Shown in pieces: positions 18,000-26,863 of a stretch of DNA of 64,000 nt. The notes under the pieces are model-generated. The model worked only from the letters and a program-made list of their open reading frames with translations, did no database searches and was not told the DNA's origin. Within the stretch, counting starts at the first letter, position 1. The number at the start of each line of letters is the position of its first letter. Source of the DNA: Candidatus Parvarchaeum sp. Its GTDB lineage: Archaea; Nanobdellota; Nanobdellia; Parvarchaeales; Parvarchaeaceae. A program made the position numbers and the translations under genes. The stretch lies in assembly GCA_049965555.1 (NCBI GenBank), contig JBMFWF010000001.1, positions 8,895 to 72,894 of the forward strand, read 5' to 3'.

Positions 18000-18890
18000 A
18001 TGGAAGAGGGCATTCTATTGACGATAGTTTTTGTTATATTTGTCATAATAGCAGGAATAATTCTTTCAGTCGTTTCCTTTTCTATAATAACCTCATTTGG
18101 CACACTAAACTTCGGATTAAGCTGCTTTACCGCATTTACCCAGTATAAGATAGTGAACAGCTTTTTAGCTCCATTTACAGGCATAACATCTTTCTTCGGC
18201 TTTTCAAATATAGTTATAAGCCCAACGCAATCTGCACAGGTGCAAAGAGACTGCTTGCAGACTGCGAATGTAAATGAAAAGAGCACTGCAAGTTTTGCAT
18301 CCTCGTTTTATACAGAAGCGTCGTCATGCTTTAGTTTATTTTCCGGAGGAAATGCAGTAATAGGTTCGCAGATTCTTTCTGCTAAAAACATAAACCAGAT
18401 ATTCAACTGTTACAAAGGATCATTGATTAGTCAAAGCAATGACGTAAATTATTCAGCAATAATAAGTTATATTGACAGCAATTATAACGGGAGCTATCCA
18501 CTGCAGATAGTTTTCATAACGAATGGAAGCAATGGCAATGCAACATACATAACTCCATCTGACAAGCTTTCAAATTCAAGCTATACAGTAACTTACTTTG
18601 GCTATCCTTCTGGAGGGATCAAAAACTGCCAGGTGAGCTTCAAAGACCAGTGTGAGTACACAGCCAGATTCCAGCAGCCAATAATAAACGACCTATCGGT
18701 ATGCGCTTATTCGAATGAGACTACGAATCAAAGCAGGGAGACAGTAAGCTCTCTTAGCGACGGCAACCCCTCTCTAAATATAATAAATGAGAATAGTGGC
18801 TGTGATTACTATGTGCCTTTATGTGGAAAGCTCAGCAACTATATGGTGTATAGTCAAAGCAGGGTATTTGTATGCATACCCGGCCAATGA
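18000..18890 (+). CDS. N-terminally anchored extracellular protein (Cys- and sequon-containing)
   Basis: MEEG|ILLTIVFVIFVIIAGIILSVV helix. 11 Cys. N-x-S/T sequons. Confidence 0.5.
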   Translation: MEEGILLTIVFVIFVIIAGIILSVVSFSIITSFGTLNFGLSCFTAFTQYKIVNSFLAPFTGITSFFGFSNIVISPTQSAQVQRDCLQTANVNEKSTASFASSFYTEASSCFSLFSGGNAVIGSQILSAKNINQIFNCYKGSLISQSNDVNYSAIISYIDSNYNGSYPLQIVFITNGSNGNATYITPSDKLSNSSYTVTYFGYPSGGIKNCQVSFKDQCEYTARFQQPIINDLSVCAYSNETTNQSRETVSSLSDGNPSLNIINENSGCDYYVPLCGKLSNYMVYSQSRVFVCIPGQ

Positions 18891-18949
18891 TATTTTGCCT
18901 CAAATATGAATTGGATATTAATTTATTGCATAAAAACACTACTTAATTA

Positions 18950-20425
18950 ATGGCAGAGACACCGGGAGAGAGCTTCATATTCATAGTTTTGGCGGTGATA
19001 TTTATAATAGTTATAGTAGCGATTGCCGGCTATCTTTTATTGGTTGGAGTAAACTTATCAAACAGCAGCATCTGCTACGTAAGCTCTGAATTCACCAACT
19101 TTTACTATAATGGTCTGTGTGTATCGAATTTCTTTTGCCTTAGCAGCACTCTTAAAGCCATAGGGATAGGGCCACCACTTTTCGGCTGCACGACATCAAC
19201 AGCGGGATACGGCCCGGGCTCGAAACCATCTCAGGTATTTTCAACAGTAGCAACTGACCTGACAAGCTGCTGGAACCAATATGGTGCAAACCAAGGACTT
19301 ACGGTTTTAACTAATTCGCCAGCAATCTGCTCCGTAGTAGATGTAAATATAAACCAGAACATAACGATAAATAACCTTACCAATTACCTTGGAAAAAACG
19401 CGTATACGACGGAGGTTAGCTGTCTTAACCACACGCCTGTTCAATCCTGCTCTGATCCCTTGACAAGCTCTAATCCTAATGGATACTCATGTGATTTAAA
19501 TGATCCTAGTTTGTGTGTTTCCCAATCATCTAATTATTTCAATTGCAAAAGTCAATCCGGTTACAACCCCTTTACACAAGGTTACACAACAAAATACATA
19601 CCTTTAAATGGATCAAAACCGCCAACTGCTGCGATGAACCTTTCAGGTTATCTCTGCGAAGAATCCCAGGGCTGTTCTTTTAACACGACACTAGGAACTT
19701 GTTCGACTCCGAATGGAACTACTTCTTCATGCACAGATTTGTACACTAACTTCTGCAATGGCAATAACTGCACTGTTGGCTATGATTCTATAACAGATTC
19801 TTATGAAGCTCCTTCTTCCTGTGTATTGACAGAACCAGTGAAAAGCACTTCAATAATAAATGAATCATATGCAGATTACTTAAAACCAGGAGATAATTTA
19901 ATATTCAGCTATAAAAATGTTAGTAACCCGAGCCAAAGCGGGTTTGTGCCTCCAAACAGCAGCAGATCAATAAACAAAGCGCAGATATATATAGTTTACC
20001 TAAATTCTTTGGTAGGGACAAGGTTTCCCCCAAGCTCAATAAGCTTGCCGAGCGAATGCGAGCCGGCAACATTCCTTAACAATTATCCAACAGCTGGAAT
20101 AGAATATGAATGCTCAAGAGCAATTGCATCAGGAGTAGGTGCAAAGGTTCTTTCGCCTTCAAACCCTGGACTAATAGCTGGAGCTGCACTTGCGGGATTT
20201 GGAGCTTCGGAATGTTTTAATAACACAATATGCAAAGATGACATCGCACCGAATGTGCTTACTTACACAGGAAAACTTGCTTATTCGGCCTTGTATGCTA
20301 CTGGATTGGAGCAATGTGCACAGTCTTTGTTCTACTTCTTTGCTTCCTTGCCGCAAGAAATAGGCATATCAAAGCCAAACTTTTTAGGGAGGAATTTAAT
20401 TTACATATGCGCAGTAACGAAGTAA
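18950..20425 (+). CDS. Large cysteine-rich extracellular protein with N-terminal hydrophobic helix
   Basis: MAETPG|ESFIFIVLAVIFIIVIVAIAGYLLLV. About 30 Cys spread over 491 aa. Many sequons. Confidence 0.55.
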   Translation: MAETPGESFIFIVLAVIFIIVIVAIAGYLLLVGVNLSNSSICYVSSEFTNFYYNGLCVSNFFCLSSTLKAIGIGPPLFGCTTSTAGYGPGSKPSQVFSTVATDLTSCWNQYGANQGLTVLTNSPAICSVVDVNINQNITINNLTNYLGKNAYTTEVSCLNHTPVQSCSDPLTSSNPNGYSCDLNDPSLCVSQSSNYFNCKSQSGYNPFTQGYTTKYIPLNGSKPPTAAMNLSGYLCEESQGCSFNTTLGTCSTPNGTTSSCTDLYTNFCNGNNCTVGYDSITDSYEAPSSCVLTEPVKSTSIINESYADYLKPGDNLIFSYKNVSNPSQSGFVPPNSSRSINKAQIYIVYLNSLVGTRFPPSSISLPSECEPATFLNNYPTAGIEYECSRAIASGVGAKVLSPSNPGLIAGAALAGFGASECFNNTICKDDIAPNVLTYTGKLAYSALYATGLEQCAQSLFYFFASLPQEIGISKPNFLGRNLIYICAVTK

Positions 20426-20874
20426 AGGGCGCAAGTGCAGTGGAGTATTTCATAGTTGTTATACTTCTTATTGCATTTTTAGTCATAGGGGTTGTGATAG
20501 CCAGTTCAGTCTTCCATTTTGCTATATTCCCATCAGGTGTAATAACAAGCGGAAGCGGCTCTCCTGTAGCATGCTCCGTAAATGTTACTAACATAAGCAC
20601 TCCGTCAAAACAGAACACATTCAAGATAACAGTATCGGAAGGCAGCCCTGGATTAATTTACAAAGTTTTCGCAAGCAATACTGCTAAAAGTGCATCCCTT
20701 TCAATAATAGGAAATTACACTGCGGGGATAAGCTCCTTTTCGACAGATTTAACCATTGCAAACCCTAGCATAAACACAGTTATCATAGGTAACACATCAG
20801 GCAGCAATGTTTCAATAGATGGTATCAAGTACTCTCCGGGCGGAACGTGTGAAACTGAGATATTCGGCAGTTAG
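20407..20874 (+). CDS. Archaeal pilin-like protein (class III signal peptide)
   Basis: Start taken at the internal ATG: MRSNEVKG|ASAVEYFIVVILLIAFLVIGVVIA. S/T/N-rich beta-type domain bracketed by two Cys. Overlaps the upstream gene by 19 nt. Confidence 0.65.
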   Translation: MRSNEVKGASAVEYFIVVILLIAFLVIGVVIASSVFHFAIFPSGVITSGSGSPVACSVNVTNISTPSKQNTFKITVSEGSPGLIYKVFASNTAKSASLSIIGNYTAGISSFSTDLTIANPSINTVIIGNTSGSNVSIDGIKYSPGGTCETEIFGS

Positions 20875-22397
20875 ATGAAAGGATGGAGTGTGCCATCCTG
20901 CTTTATTGTATCCGGGTTATCTTTTATGTTTTTTATTATCTTCTTCATGCTCTTCTCCCTTCTTTTTGAAAGCCAATAGTAGCCCTCGTCATTTGTCCCT
21001 CTTGTAATAAGTATGAATATCCTGCCTGCAGAGAACCTGCCGACTCTGCCTCTGCGCTGTATGTTTCTTATTGCACTAGGTATGGTCTCATAAAATACCG
21101 CAAGATCAACCCCTTTTATGGACATTCCCTCTTCGCTGACACTTGTTGAAACAAGCACATTGTACATGCCTGATTCAAAATCTCGTATTATGTTCACTTG
21201 CTCCTTCTGTGATAAACCTCCCTTTCCCTGGCCGATGAACCTTATAGGCCTTACCCCCGGTATCTTTGATATGCTGTTGTATATGACATCTACAGTGTCC
21301 CTGTATTGTGCAAACACTATCGCCTTTTTTGACTCATTAAAGTTGTTTGTAAATATAATTTGAAGCTGCTTGAGCTTTGGATGCTCAATCCCTTTCTCCA
21401 ATAATTCTACAGTTCTTTCCTTTATTTCAATGAACTTCTTGTTTGAAGAAAGGTCCTTATCTGTCTTTGCTTTCCCATTTTTTATTTTCTCCAAAAAATT
21501 TGAAAACGCTAAAAGGCTCTGTGTCGACAAAAGATTGTAAGCGTGATATAGCTTCAAAATCTTTGAAGTCAGGATTATCCCTCTGATAAGATAATACGTC
21601 CTTTTTCCGCTGAACATCTGCTTTTGAAGGCTCTTCTGAAGCATAAGGATGGTTACTTTGTTTATCCTTGCTTTCTGGACGTTTTTAAGAAGGCCGATTT
21701 CCTGCAGCTCATTTATTGATTCGCTTATGAGCAGCTTTAGGCTGTTGGCAAGTTCAAGCATCTCCTGTGGAAGATCAACCTTTATCTCTTCTATGTATTT
21801 TTTCTGTATGTACGGTACGACGTCAGGATCGTCCTCTGATCTTATTTCAACATTGCTTATCTGCAGATTGCTGCATATTGTCTTTATCTTTTCCCTTTCG
21901 GACGCAGGAGAAGCTGTAAGCCCAAGGATTAGAGGATGAAAAGACTGCTCTGAGTATGTTTTTGCTATCTTGACATATGAGTAATTACCGATTGTATGAT
22001 GCGCCTCATCTACTATAAGCAGGCTAAAATTCGAGAAGTCTATGATATTTTTGGACATGTCATTCTCTATTGTCTGAGGGGTAGCAAATATGAGCTGGGA
22101 TTCCTCATAGATTTTGCTCCTTTTGCTGCTTGATATGGAGCCGCTGGCTATGCCTTGACTTACTGCAAGCAATGAAGAAAATGTCTTATAATGCTGGTTT
22201 GCAAGAGGCTTTGTGGGCGCCAGGAAAAGAACCTTTGAAGAAGGATATTTCTCCAGCCTATAATCAACAAGCATCGCACTTATTATAGTTTTTCCAAGGC
22301 CTGTTGGCAGTACTACAAGGGTGTTGCCCGTTTTTGCAGTCTCAAATATCCTGTTCTGGTATTCTCTGTTTTCTATTTTTTCCTTAAAAAGTGTCAT
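20871..22397 (-). CDS. hef: Hef/FANCM-family SF2 helicase (helicase part only)
   Basis: REYQ..VVLPTGLGKT (motif I), LLIVDEAHH (motif II), TASP, QRRGRVGR (motif VI). 508 aa with no ERCC4 nuclease region. Confidence 0.7.
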   Translation of the reverse strand: MTLFKEKIENREYQNRIFETAKTGNTLVVLPTGLGKTIISAMLVDYRLEKYPSSKVLFLAPTKPLANQHYKTFSSLLAVSQGIASGSISSSKRSKIYEESQLIFATPQTIENDMSKNIIDFSNFSLLIVDEAHHTIGNYSYVKIAKTYSEQSFHPLILGLTASPASEREKIKTICSNLQISNVEIRSEDDPDVVPYIQKKYIEEIKVDLPQEMLELANSLKLLISESINELQEIGLLKNVQKARINKVTILMLQKSLQKQMFSGKRTYYLIRGIILTSKILKLYHAYNLLSTQSLLAFSNFLEKIKNGKAKTDKDLSSNKKFIEIKERTVELLEKGIEHPKLKQLQIIFTNNFNESKKAIVFAQYRDTVDVIYNSISKIPGVRPIRFIGQGKGGLSQKEQVNIIRDFESGMYNVLVSTSVSEEGMSIKGVDLAVFYETIPSAIRNIQRRGRVGRFSAGRIFILITRGTNDEGYYWLSKRREKSMKKIIKNIKDNPDTIKQDGTLHPFI

Positions 22398-22973
22398 TTA
22401 CACACTCTCAGCTTTTCCGCTCTTTATAAGTATCTGCGCTACATCTTTGTCTATTTCAATTACATTTGGAAAACTGAAAGGCCCGTAAGATTTGTCGTTT
22501 CTCCAAACGAATTTTGGTATGTCTGACAATATCTTTATGACTACCTTCTCGCTTTCGCTATCGTTGCTCTCCACTTTCTGCAGCTTCTTTGGCTCTATTG
22601 ACTTTACTTCAGTTATTACTCCTGATTTATACTGCTTGGAGAGATTAAGAAGGTTGTCAAAAAATATTATCTCCTTGGAAAGCATGTTCGCCTTTGCCTG
22701 CTCGCTGTCGGCATCAAGTATGGCCATTGATGCGATTTTAAGCATCCTCAGGTTTATTATCTGCTCCAGCGTTGAGATTGCGTTCTTTATCTGTGTTGAT
22801 ATCTCCTCCAACTTCTTTTCATCATTCATTTTCTTTGCCTCTTCTAATGAGTTTTTGTTTATGGCTATGTATTCCTTCATCTCTTCAAGGAGCTCATCAT
22901 TGAACTTTGTCAGAGTCCGATTATCTTCCTGCTCCTGCCTCCTTATTCTTAAAAATTCACTGTAAGTAATCAT
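22398..22973 (-). CDS. GINS subunit (Gins51-like)
   Basis: Size (191 aa), helical N-terminal domain (YSEFLRIRRQE...LTKFNDELLEEMKEYI) and small C-terminal domain (GPFSFPNVIEIDKDVAQILIKSGKAE) fit archaeal Gins51. Stop-to-start adjacent to hef. Confidence 0.5.
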   Translation of the reverse strand: MITYSEFLRIRRQEQEDNRTLTKFNDELLEEMKEYIAINKNSLEEAKKMNDEKKLEEISTQIKNAISTLEQIINLRMLKIASMAILDADSEQAKANMLSKEIIFFDNLLNLSKQYKSGVITEVKSIEPKKLQKVESNDSESEKVVIKILSDIPKFVWRNDKSYGPFSFPNVIEIDKDVAQILIKSGKAESV

Positions 22974-23005
22974 AATCCCTAATAGCTTCCGAAAGTATAA
23001 AAATG

Positions 23006-23167
23006 TTAATATGCATTCTTAAAGCCTGCCATTATTGAAGAGCTTATTCCAGAAAAAAACCCGGAAATATCTTTAGACAGCGCAGACGGGCCTACTAAAA
23101 ACAAATAGACTAAAAGGAGCGTTATTCCCAAGATGACGGCTATGACATAAAACCAGACGGATTCCAT
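23006..23167 (-). CDS. 53-aa single-TM protein (small ORF D, absent from the ORF track)
   Basis: Hand translation: MESVWFYVIAVILGITLLLVYLFLVGPSALSKDISGFFSGISSSIMAGFKNAY. The ATG is 1 nt after the stop of ORF C. Confidence 0.4.
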   Translation of the reverse strand: MESVWFYVIAVILGITLLLVYLFLVGPSALSKDISGFFSGISSSIMAGFKNAY

Positions 23168-23168
23168 G

Positions 23169-23309
23169 CTATATGTTTGGAACTGTCGGTATGAGTTTAT
23201 GTATTGTGGCTGGCGAGAACAAGAAGAGGTAGAACACTATCAATAGTATGAGAACTATCAGCGTTATTATTATAAGCAGTATATAGCTTTCTACCCCTTT
23301 ATTATTCAT
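23169..23309 (-). CDS. 46-aa mini-pilin-like protein (small ORF C, absent from the ORF track)
   Basis: MNNKG|VESYILLIIITLIVLILLIVFYLFLFSPATIHKLIPTVPNI. The start overlaps the end of ORF B by 8 nt. Confidence 0.45.
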   Translation of the reverse strand: MNNKGVESYILLIIITLIVLILLIVFYLFLFSPATIHKLIPTVPNI

Positions 23310-23472
23310 AACCGCTCACATTTAGACTATTTGACTTCGATATAAATACTTTAAAGAGATTCGTAAATTTGTACGGCGTAAAAAGCTCTAAAAATATAAC
23401 TATAAGCAGTATCCCGATTATTATCAAAATTATGTACAGAAAAACCCCGCTTACAACACCTTTGTCATTCAT
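23302..23472 (-). CDS. 56-aa mini-pilin-like protein (small ORF B, absent from the ORF track)
   Basis: MNDKG|VVSGVFLYIILIIIGILLIVIFLELFTPYKFTNLFKVFISKSNSLNVSGYE. ATGA start/stop overlap with ORF A. Confidence 0.45.
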   Translation of the reverse strand: MNDKGVVSGVFLYIILIIIGILLIVIFLELFTPYKFTNLFKVFISKSNSLNVSGYE

Positions 23473-23642
23473 ATGCCCTTGCCGTAAAGCCAGCTAAATG
23501 AGAAAACGCTCGTCATATCCTTTGCGATCGTTGAACCGGCTCCTGTAAATATTAAACCTATTATTATACCTGCAAACAAAACTATAATTGCCAGTATTAT
23601 AGCAATTATCTCGGTTATAGGCATCTGTCCTTTGTTGTTCAT
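23469..23642 (-). CDS. 57-aa mini-pilin-like protein (small ORF A, absent from the ORF track)
   Basis: MNNKG|QMPITEIIAIILAIIVLFAGIIIGLIFTGAGSTIAKDMTSVFSFSWLYGKGI. The ATG is 2 nt after the stop of the 575-aa gene. Confidence 0.5.
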   Translation of the reverse strand: MNNKGQMPITEIIAIILAIIVLFAGIIIGLIFTGAGSTIAKDMTSVFSFSWLYGKGI

Positions 23643-23644
23643 AA

Positions 23645-25372
23645 TCAATTCACCGAAAAAGGAGGCTTCCAGTTCAAAAGGCCAACTCTCTTCTTTAACT
23701 CATCATATATATATGCGGCATCTTTATCGGCAATAAACAAACCAAGCTCAAGTGCTCTTTTAATATCGGATTGTGTAAAACGCTTTGAATTGACAAGCAT
23801 TTCATATATCTCTGCCTGCTCTGCAGAAAAACTTGCCTTGTGTTTTTCGGCAGAGGATATTGTAGAAAATGACTTTGAAATGCCTGAAAAGTCGTCCTTA
23901 AATGCCCTATAAATGTCCATAAAAGCGTATTCCTTCTGAGGCTTCTTCTCTTTTTTCTTCTTTTCTTCTTCATCAGCTTCCTTAACGTATTTGTCAATAT
24001 CGGCCTGTATAACGCTGAGAGAACGAAAAATTGCCTGATCGACGGCCGCAAACACAGTTTTCTGTATATTTGCGATGTGCGCCTTCTTATAAAGGTAGTA
24101 CTCTTCTGGTGTAAAGCAGTATGGAAACATGTTGAAGTATATCGTTCCTTCATAAGGAGGCTGAAGAGCTTCCTTGCTTGGCTTTTCCTTAAAGTCCATC
24201 TTCAATTTTATTGCCATTATTACAAGCGGCCCGTATTTTTTTATCCTGTCATAAATGAATGATCTTTTATTCTCTTCATATCCTCTTGAAATTAGGTTGC
24301 TGGCTATGCTTTTAGGCTCTGCCTTTATTGGTATTTCTGGGCCCTTGTTTTTAAACAGCCTAACGTACTCTGCATCGTACTCTTTTGCATATATCGGCTT
24401 GCTTCCGACAGCAGTTACAGAAAAACTTTCATTCTCGAATATATCTGGCTTGCTTGCGCCCTCTACGTATCTTTCTGCATTTTTAGATGTTTTAAAGCCC
24501 ATCTTCGCAAGGAGCGAAAGATAAGTTGAGCACCAATCGACATATAAGTTGAATGAGCCCATCTGGCTCTTAAGATATTGCAGAAGCATGCTTTTCCTGT
24601 TTCTAAGGTCATTACCATTTATTTCTTTCCATTTTTCATACTCAATGTACCTATTTTTCAGTATATTTTTATACTGCTCATTTCTATCGATATTCTGCAC
24701 ATCTTTCAAACTTTTAACCTGGTAAAAAACCGACATTATATCTATAAATCCTGGCCCCCCCTGACTTTGAGTTGGAGACCTGGAAAGCGCAGAAAGACTT
24801 GCTCCGCCCTTTCTTGAATCAACATTGTCCAAAAACACCCTTTTTAATGCGAGTTCCGCTGCCTCTGCTTTTTCTTTGTCCGTATCCTTTAATTCATCAT
24901 ATAAGTATAGGTTCCTTTCAAGCTCCTTAAGTTCGTAGATTATAGCTATAATAGATTTAAGAACAGTGTTTATATTCCCAAGAAGCTGCATTACTCTGTC
25001 TTCCAAGTTCTTCCTTTTCTCAAAAACCATGTTCATTAAACTAGACAAGGAAGAAGGATCAACCGATTCTGCAGTTCTTATGGATCTATAACCCAATGCT
25101 CCAAACATCTGCATAACAGAGTAGTACTCAGGCTGAAAATGGTATCTTTTGTATATATCCTTTGTGAACTTATAGCCTTCCGGGTTGCCAACAAACCCTG
25201 GGTTTGGTATTTCTTCCCCGGAGGCGTACCTGAAATCAATCTCGCCCCTGTAGTGAGAATCGCTGCTGGAAGCCCTTGCTTCTAATTCGCTTATCCATTT
25301 TTGTATGTAGTTAACATCTGTTTTTGGGTCATTGAACTTCTTTGCTATCTCGCTTATCTCCCGTATGTTCAT
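23645..25372 (-). CDS. Orphan 575-aa soluble, coiled-coil-rich protein of unknown function
   Basis: Long uninterrupted ORF with no TM segment, no P-loop and no motif I recognise. Has an internal K/E-rich linker (EADEEEKKKKEKKPQKE). First gene of an operon with the small ORFs A-D. Confidence 0.6.
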   Translation of the reverse strand: MNIREISEIAKKFNDPKTDVNYIQKWISELEARASSSDSHYRGEIDFRYASGEEIPNPGFVGNPEGYKFTKDIYKRYHFQPEYYSVMQMFGALGYRSIRTAESVDPSSLSSLMNMVFEKRKNLEDRVMQLLGNINTVLKSIIAIIYELKELERNLYLYDELKDTDKEKAEAAELALKRVFLDNVDSRKGGASLSALSRSPTQSQGGPGFIDIMSVFYQVKSLKDVQNIDRNEQYKNILKNRYIEYEKWKEINGNDLRNRKSMLLQYLKSQMGSFNLYVDWCSTYLSLLAKMGFKTSKNAERYVEGASKPDIFENESFSVTAVGSKPIYAKEYDAEYVRLFKNKGPEIPIKAEPKSIASNLISRGYEENKRSFIYDRIKKYGPLVIMAIKLKMDFKEKPSKEALQPPYEGTIYFNMFPYCFTPEEYYLYKKAHIANIQKTVFAAVDQAIFRSLSVIQADIDKYVKEADEEEKKKKEKKPQKEYAFMDIYRAFKDDFSGISKSFSTISSAEKHKASFSAEQAEIYEMLVNSKRFTQSDIKRALELGLFIADKDAAYIYDELKKRVGLLNWKPPFSVN

Positions 25373-25522
25373 AAATCTTATTAGATACTCTTAATTTAAA
25401 TAATGTTATATACAAATGCGCATATTAGAGGGCTTATCATTTTATACAAAAAACTAGCAAAATGAAAAAATTAGCAAAGACTTATAAATAATCAGAGTCA
25501 TAATCACATAAATGGAGGTATT

Positions 25523-26608
25523 ATGCATCAAACAGAGAACATAAATCCGATAGAAGCGACTTTAAACAAGCTTTTTTCGACAATAGACGCACTGTCGTCA
25601 AAAATAGATGAACTTAATGAAAGAGTAGATTATATGGGCTCGTTTATAGGTCTAGAAATTGGGGAAGGTGAAAACGCTGAATCAGTTGAACCGCCAGGAC
25701 AGCTTGCGGGCTTATCATTTGACATATTAAATAAGGTTCTCCCATCTAAGGATGCAAACTCAATAAGAGCGTATTTCCTAAGGGTTTTAAGCCTTTTCAG
25801 AAGATATATAAAATCGATAGTTATATTCGGCAGCTCGAAGACAAAGACTGGCATGACAAGCACTTCTGATATAGACGTCGCATTCATAGTTGATGATACA
25901 GACATACAAAAATTCACTCTTGAACAACTTAGGGATAGGTTGTTCGCGAAAATGGCCGAGATAGCAAGGGATTTCTCTGACAAAATACATGCACAGGCAT
26001 ACCCTCTTTCTGAATTCTGGGGTTCAATAATAAAGCCTAATCCTGTCATACTTACTTTGTTAAGAGACGGTGTAGCAGTCTACGATACCGGTTTCTTTGT
26101 CCCTATACAGATGCTTTACAAAACTGGAAATATAATACCGACAGTAGAGTCTATAAACGCAAATGTGGAAAATGCAGAGGGCCTTATAATGCTTGCTGAA
26201 AATGTATTGACTACGAAACTGAGTTTGGACCTATACAATTCAGTGGTTGCAGCTGGCCAGGCCCTATTGATGGAATATGGATATCTGCCGCCAGTACCAA
26301 AACAGGTTGCTAAAGAATTAGAGGACATAGCTGTAGCAAAGGAAAAAGTGCTTACACATGAGGATGTAGAAAAGGTGGATGAGATAGTGAAATGGTTTAA
26401 GAGGATAGATCATGGGGAAGTCAAAGAAATAACTGGTGAGGAGTTCGACAAAAAGCTAAAAGACAGCAAGTACATTGTAGAAAAGATAACTTCTATAATA
26501 GAAAAACTAAGGGAGAAGAAAGGAGAAGCGAAACCTATAATAGACAAAGATTTATTAAAGCAAACTGACAAAGAAATAAAGGATAAATACCTGCAAAAGG
26601 AGGAATGA
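25523..26608 (+). CDS. Pol-beta-superfamily nucleotidyltransferase domain protein with helical C-terminal domain
   Basis: IVIFGSSKTKTG..SDIDVAFIVDD is a GS...DxD minimal nucleotidyltransferase motif. GGAGG lies 6 nt upstream of the ATG. Confidence 0.6.
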   Translation: MHQTENINPIEATLNKLFSTIDALSSKIDELNERVDYMGSFIGLEIGEGENAESVEPPGQLAGLSFDILNKVLPSKDANSIRAYFLRVLSLFRRYIKSIVIFGSSKTKTGMTSTSDIDVAFIVDDTDIQKFTLEQLRDRLFAKMAEIARDFSDKIHAQAYPLSEFWGSIIKPNPVILTLLRDGVAVYDTGFFVPIQMLYKTGNIIPTVESINANVENAEGLIMLAENVLTTKLSLDLYNSVVAAGQALLMEYGYLPPVPKQVAKELEDIAVAKEKVLTHEDVEKVDEIVKWFKRIDHGEVKEITGEEFDKKLKDSKYIVEKITSIIEKLREKKGEAKPIIDKDLLKQTDKEIKDKYLQKEE

Positions 26609-26609
26609 T

Positions 26610-26861
26610 ATGGCAAAACTTTTATCGTATAGAAGGGGAAGGAAAACTCAAAAAGTCAATCAAGCAATAGCAAAAATAGACAAGGTCGACAGCAGAGAAG
26701 AGGCAAAAAAATTTATAGGGAAAAAGGTTGAGATCGCATTCTCCAAGTCATCAATAAAAGGCGTTATAGTTAAAGCCCATGGCGGAAAGGGCAGGGTAGT
26801 AATAAGGTTCAGAAGAGGCCTTCCAGGCCAGGCGATGAACCAAGAGATAAAGCTTTCTTAG
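26610..26861 (+). CDS. rpl35ae: 50S ribosomal protein L35Ae
   Basis: YRRGRKTQKVNQ...REEAKKFIGKKV...GVIVKAHGGKGRVVIRFRRGLPGQAMNQ matches the L35Ae pattern. Confidence 0.8.
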   Translation: MAKLLSYRRGRKTQKVNQAIAKIDKVDSREEAKKFIGKKVEIAFSKSSIKGVIVKAHGGKGRVVIRFRRGLPGQAMNQEIKLS

Positions 26862-26863
26862 TT

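Noticed and set aside
17933-18286. 117-aa minus-strand ORF overlapping the 17838 and 18000 genes, and the 108-aa ORF at 20298-20624
   Set aside because: Both lie antisense to the tightly coupled plus-strand operon and lack coherent features.
20314-20406. Longer N-terminal extension of the pilin ORF (MCTVFVLLLCF...)
   Set aside because: It would overlap the upstream gene by 112 nt. The internal ATG at 20407 yields a canonical KG|ASAVEY class III leader.
22492-22965. 157-aa plus-strand ORF covering the GINS-like gene
   Set aside because: It is an S/F-rich mirror of a K/E-rich helical protein. The minus-strand ORF fits the operon (stop-to-start junction with hef).
23695-24153. 152-aa Arg-rich ORF in an alternative frame of the same strand inside the 575-aa gene
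   Set aside because: It is fully nested in a much longer ORF, and its composition is a frame-shift artefact of K/E codons.
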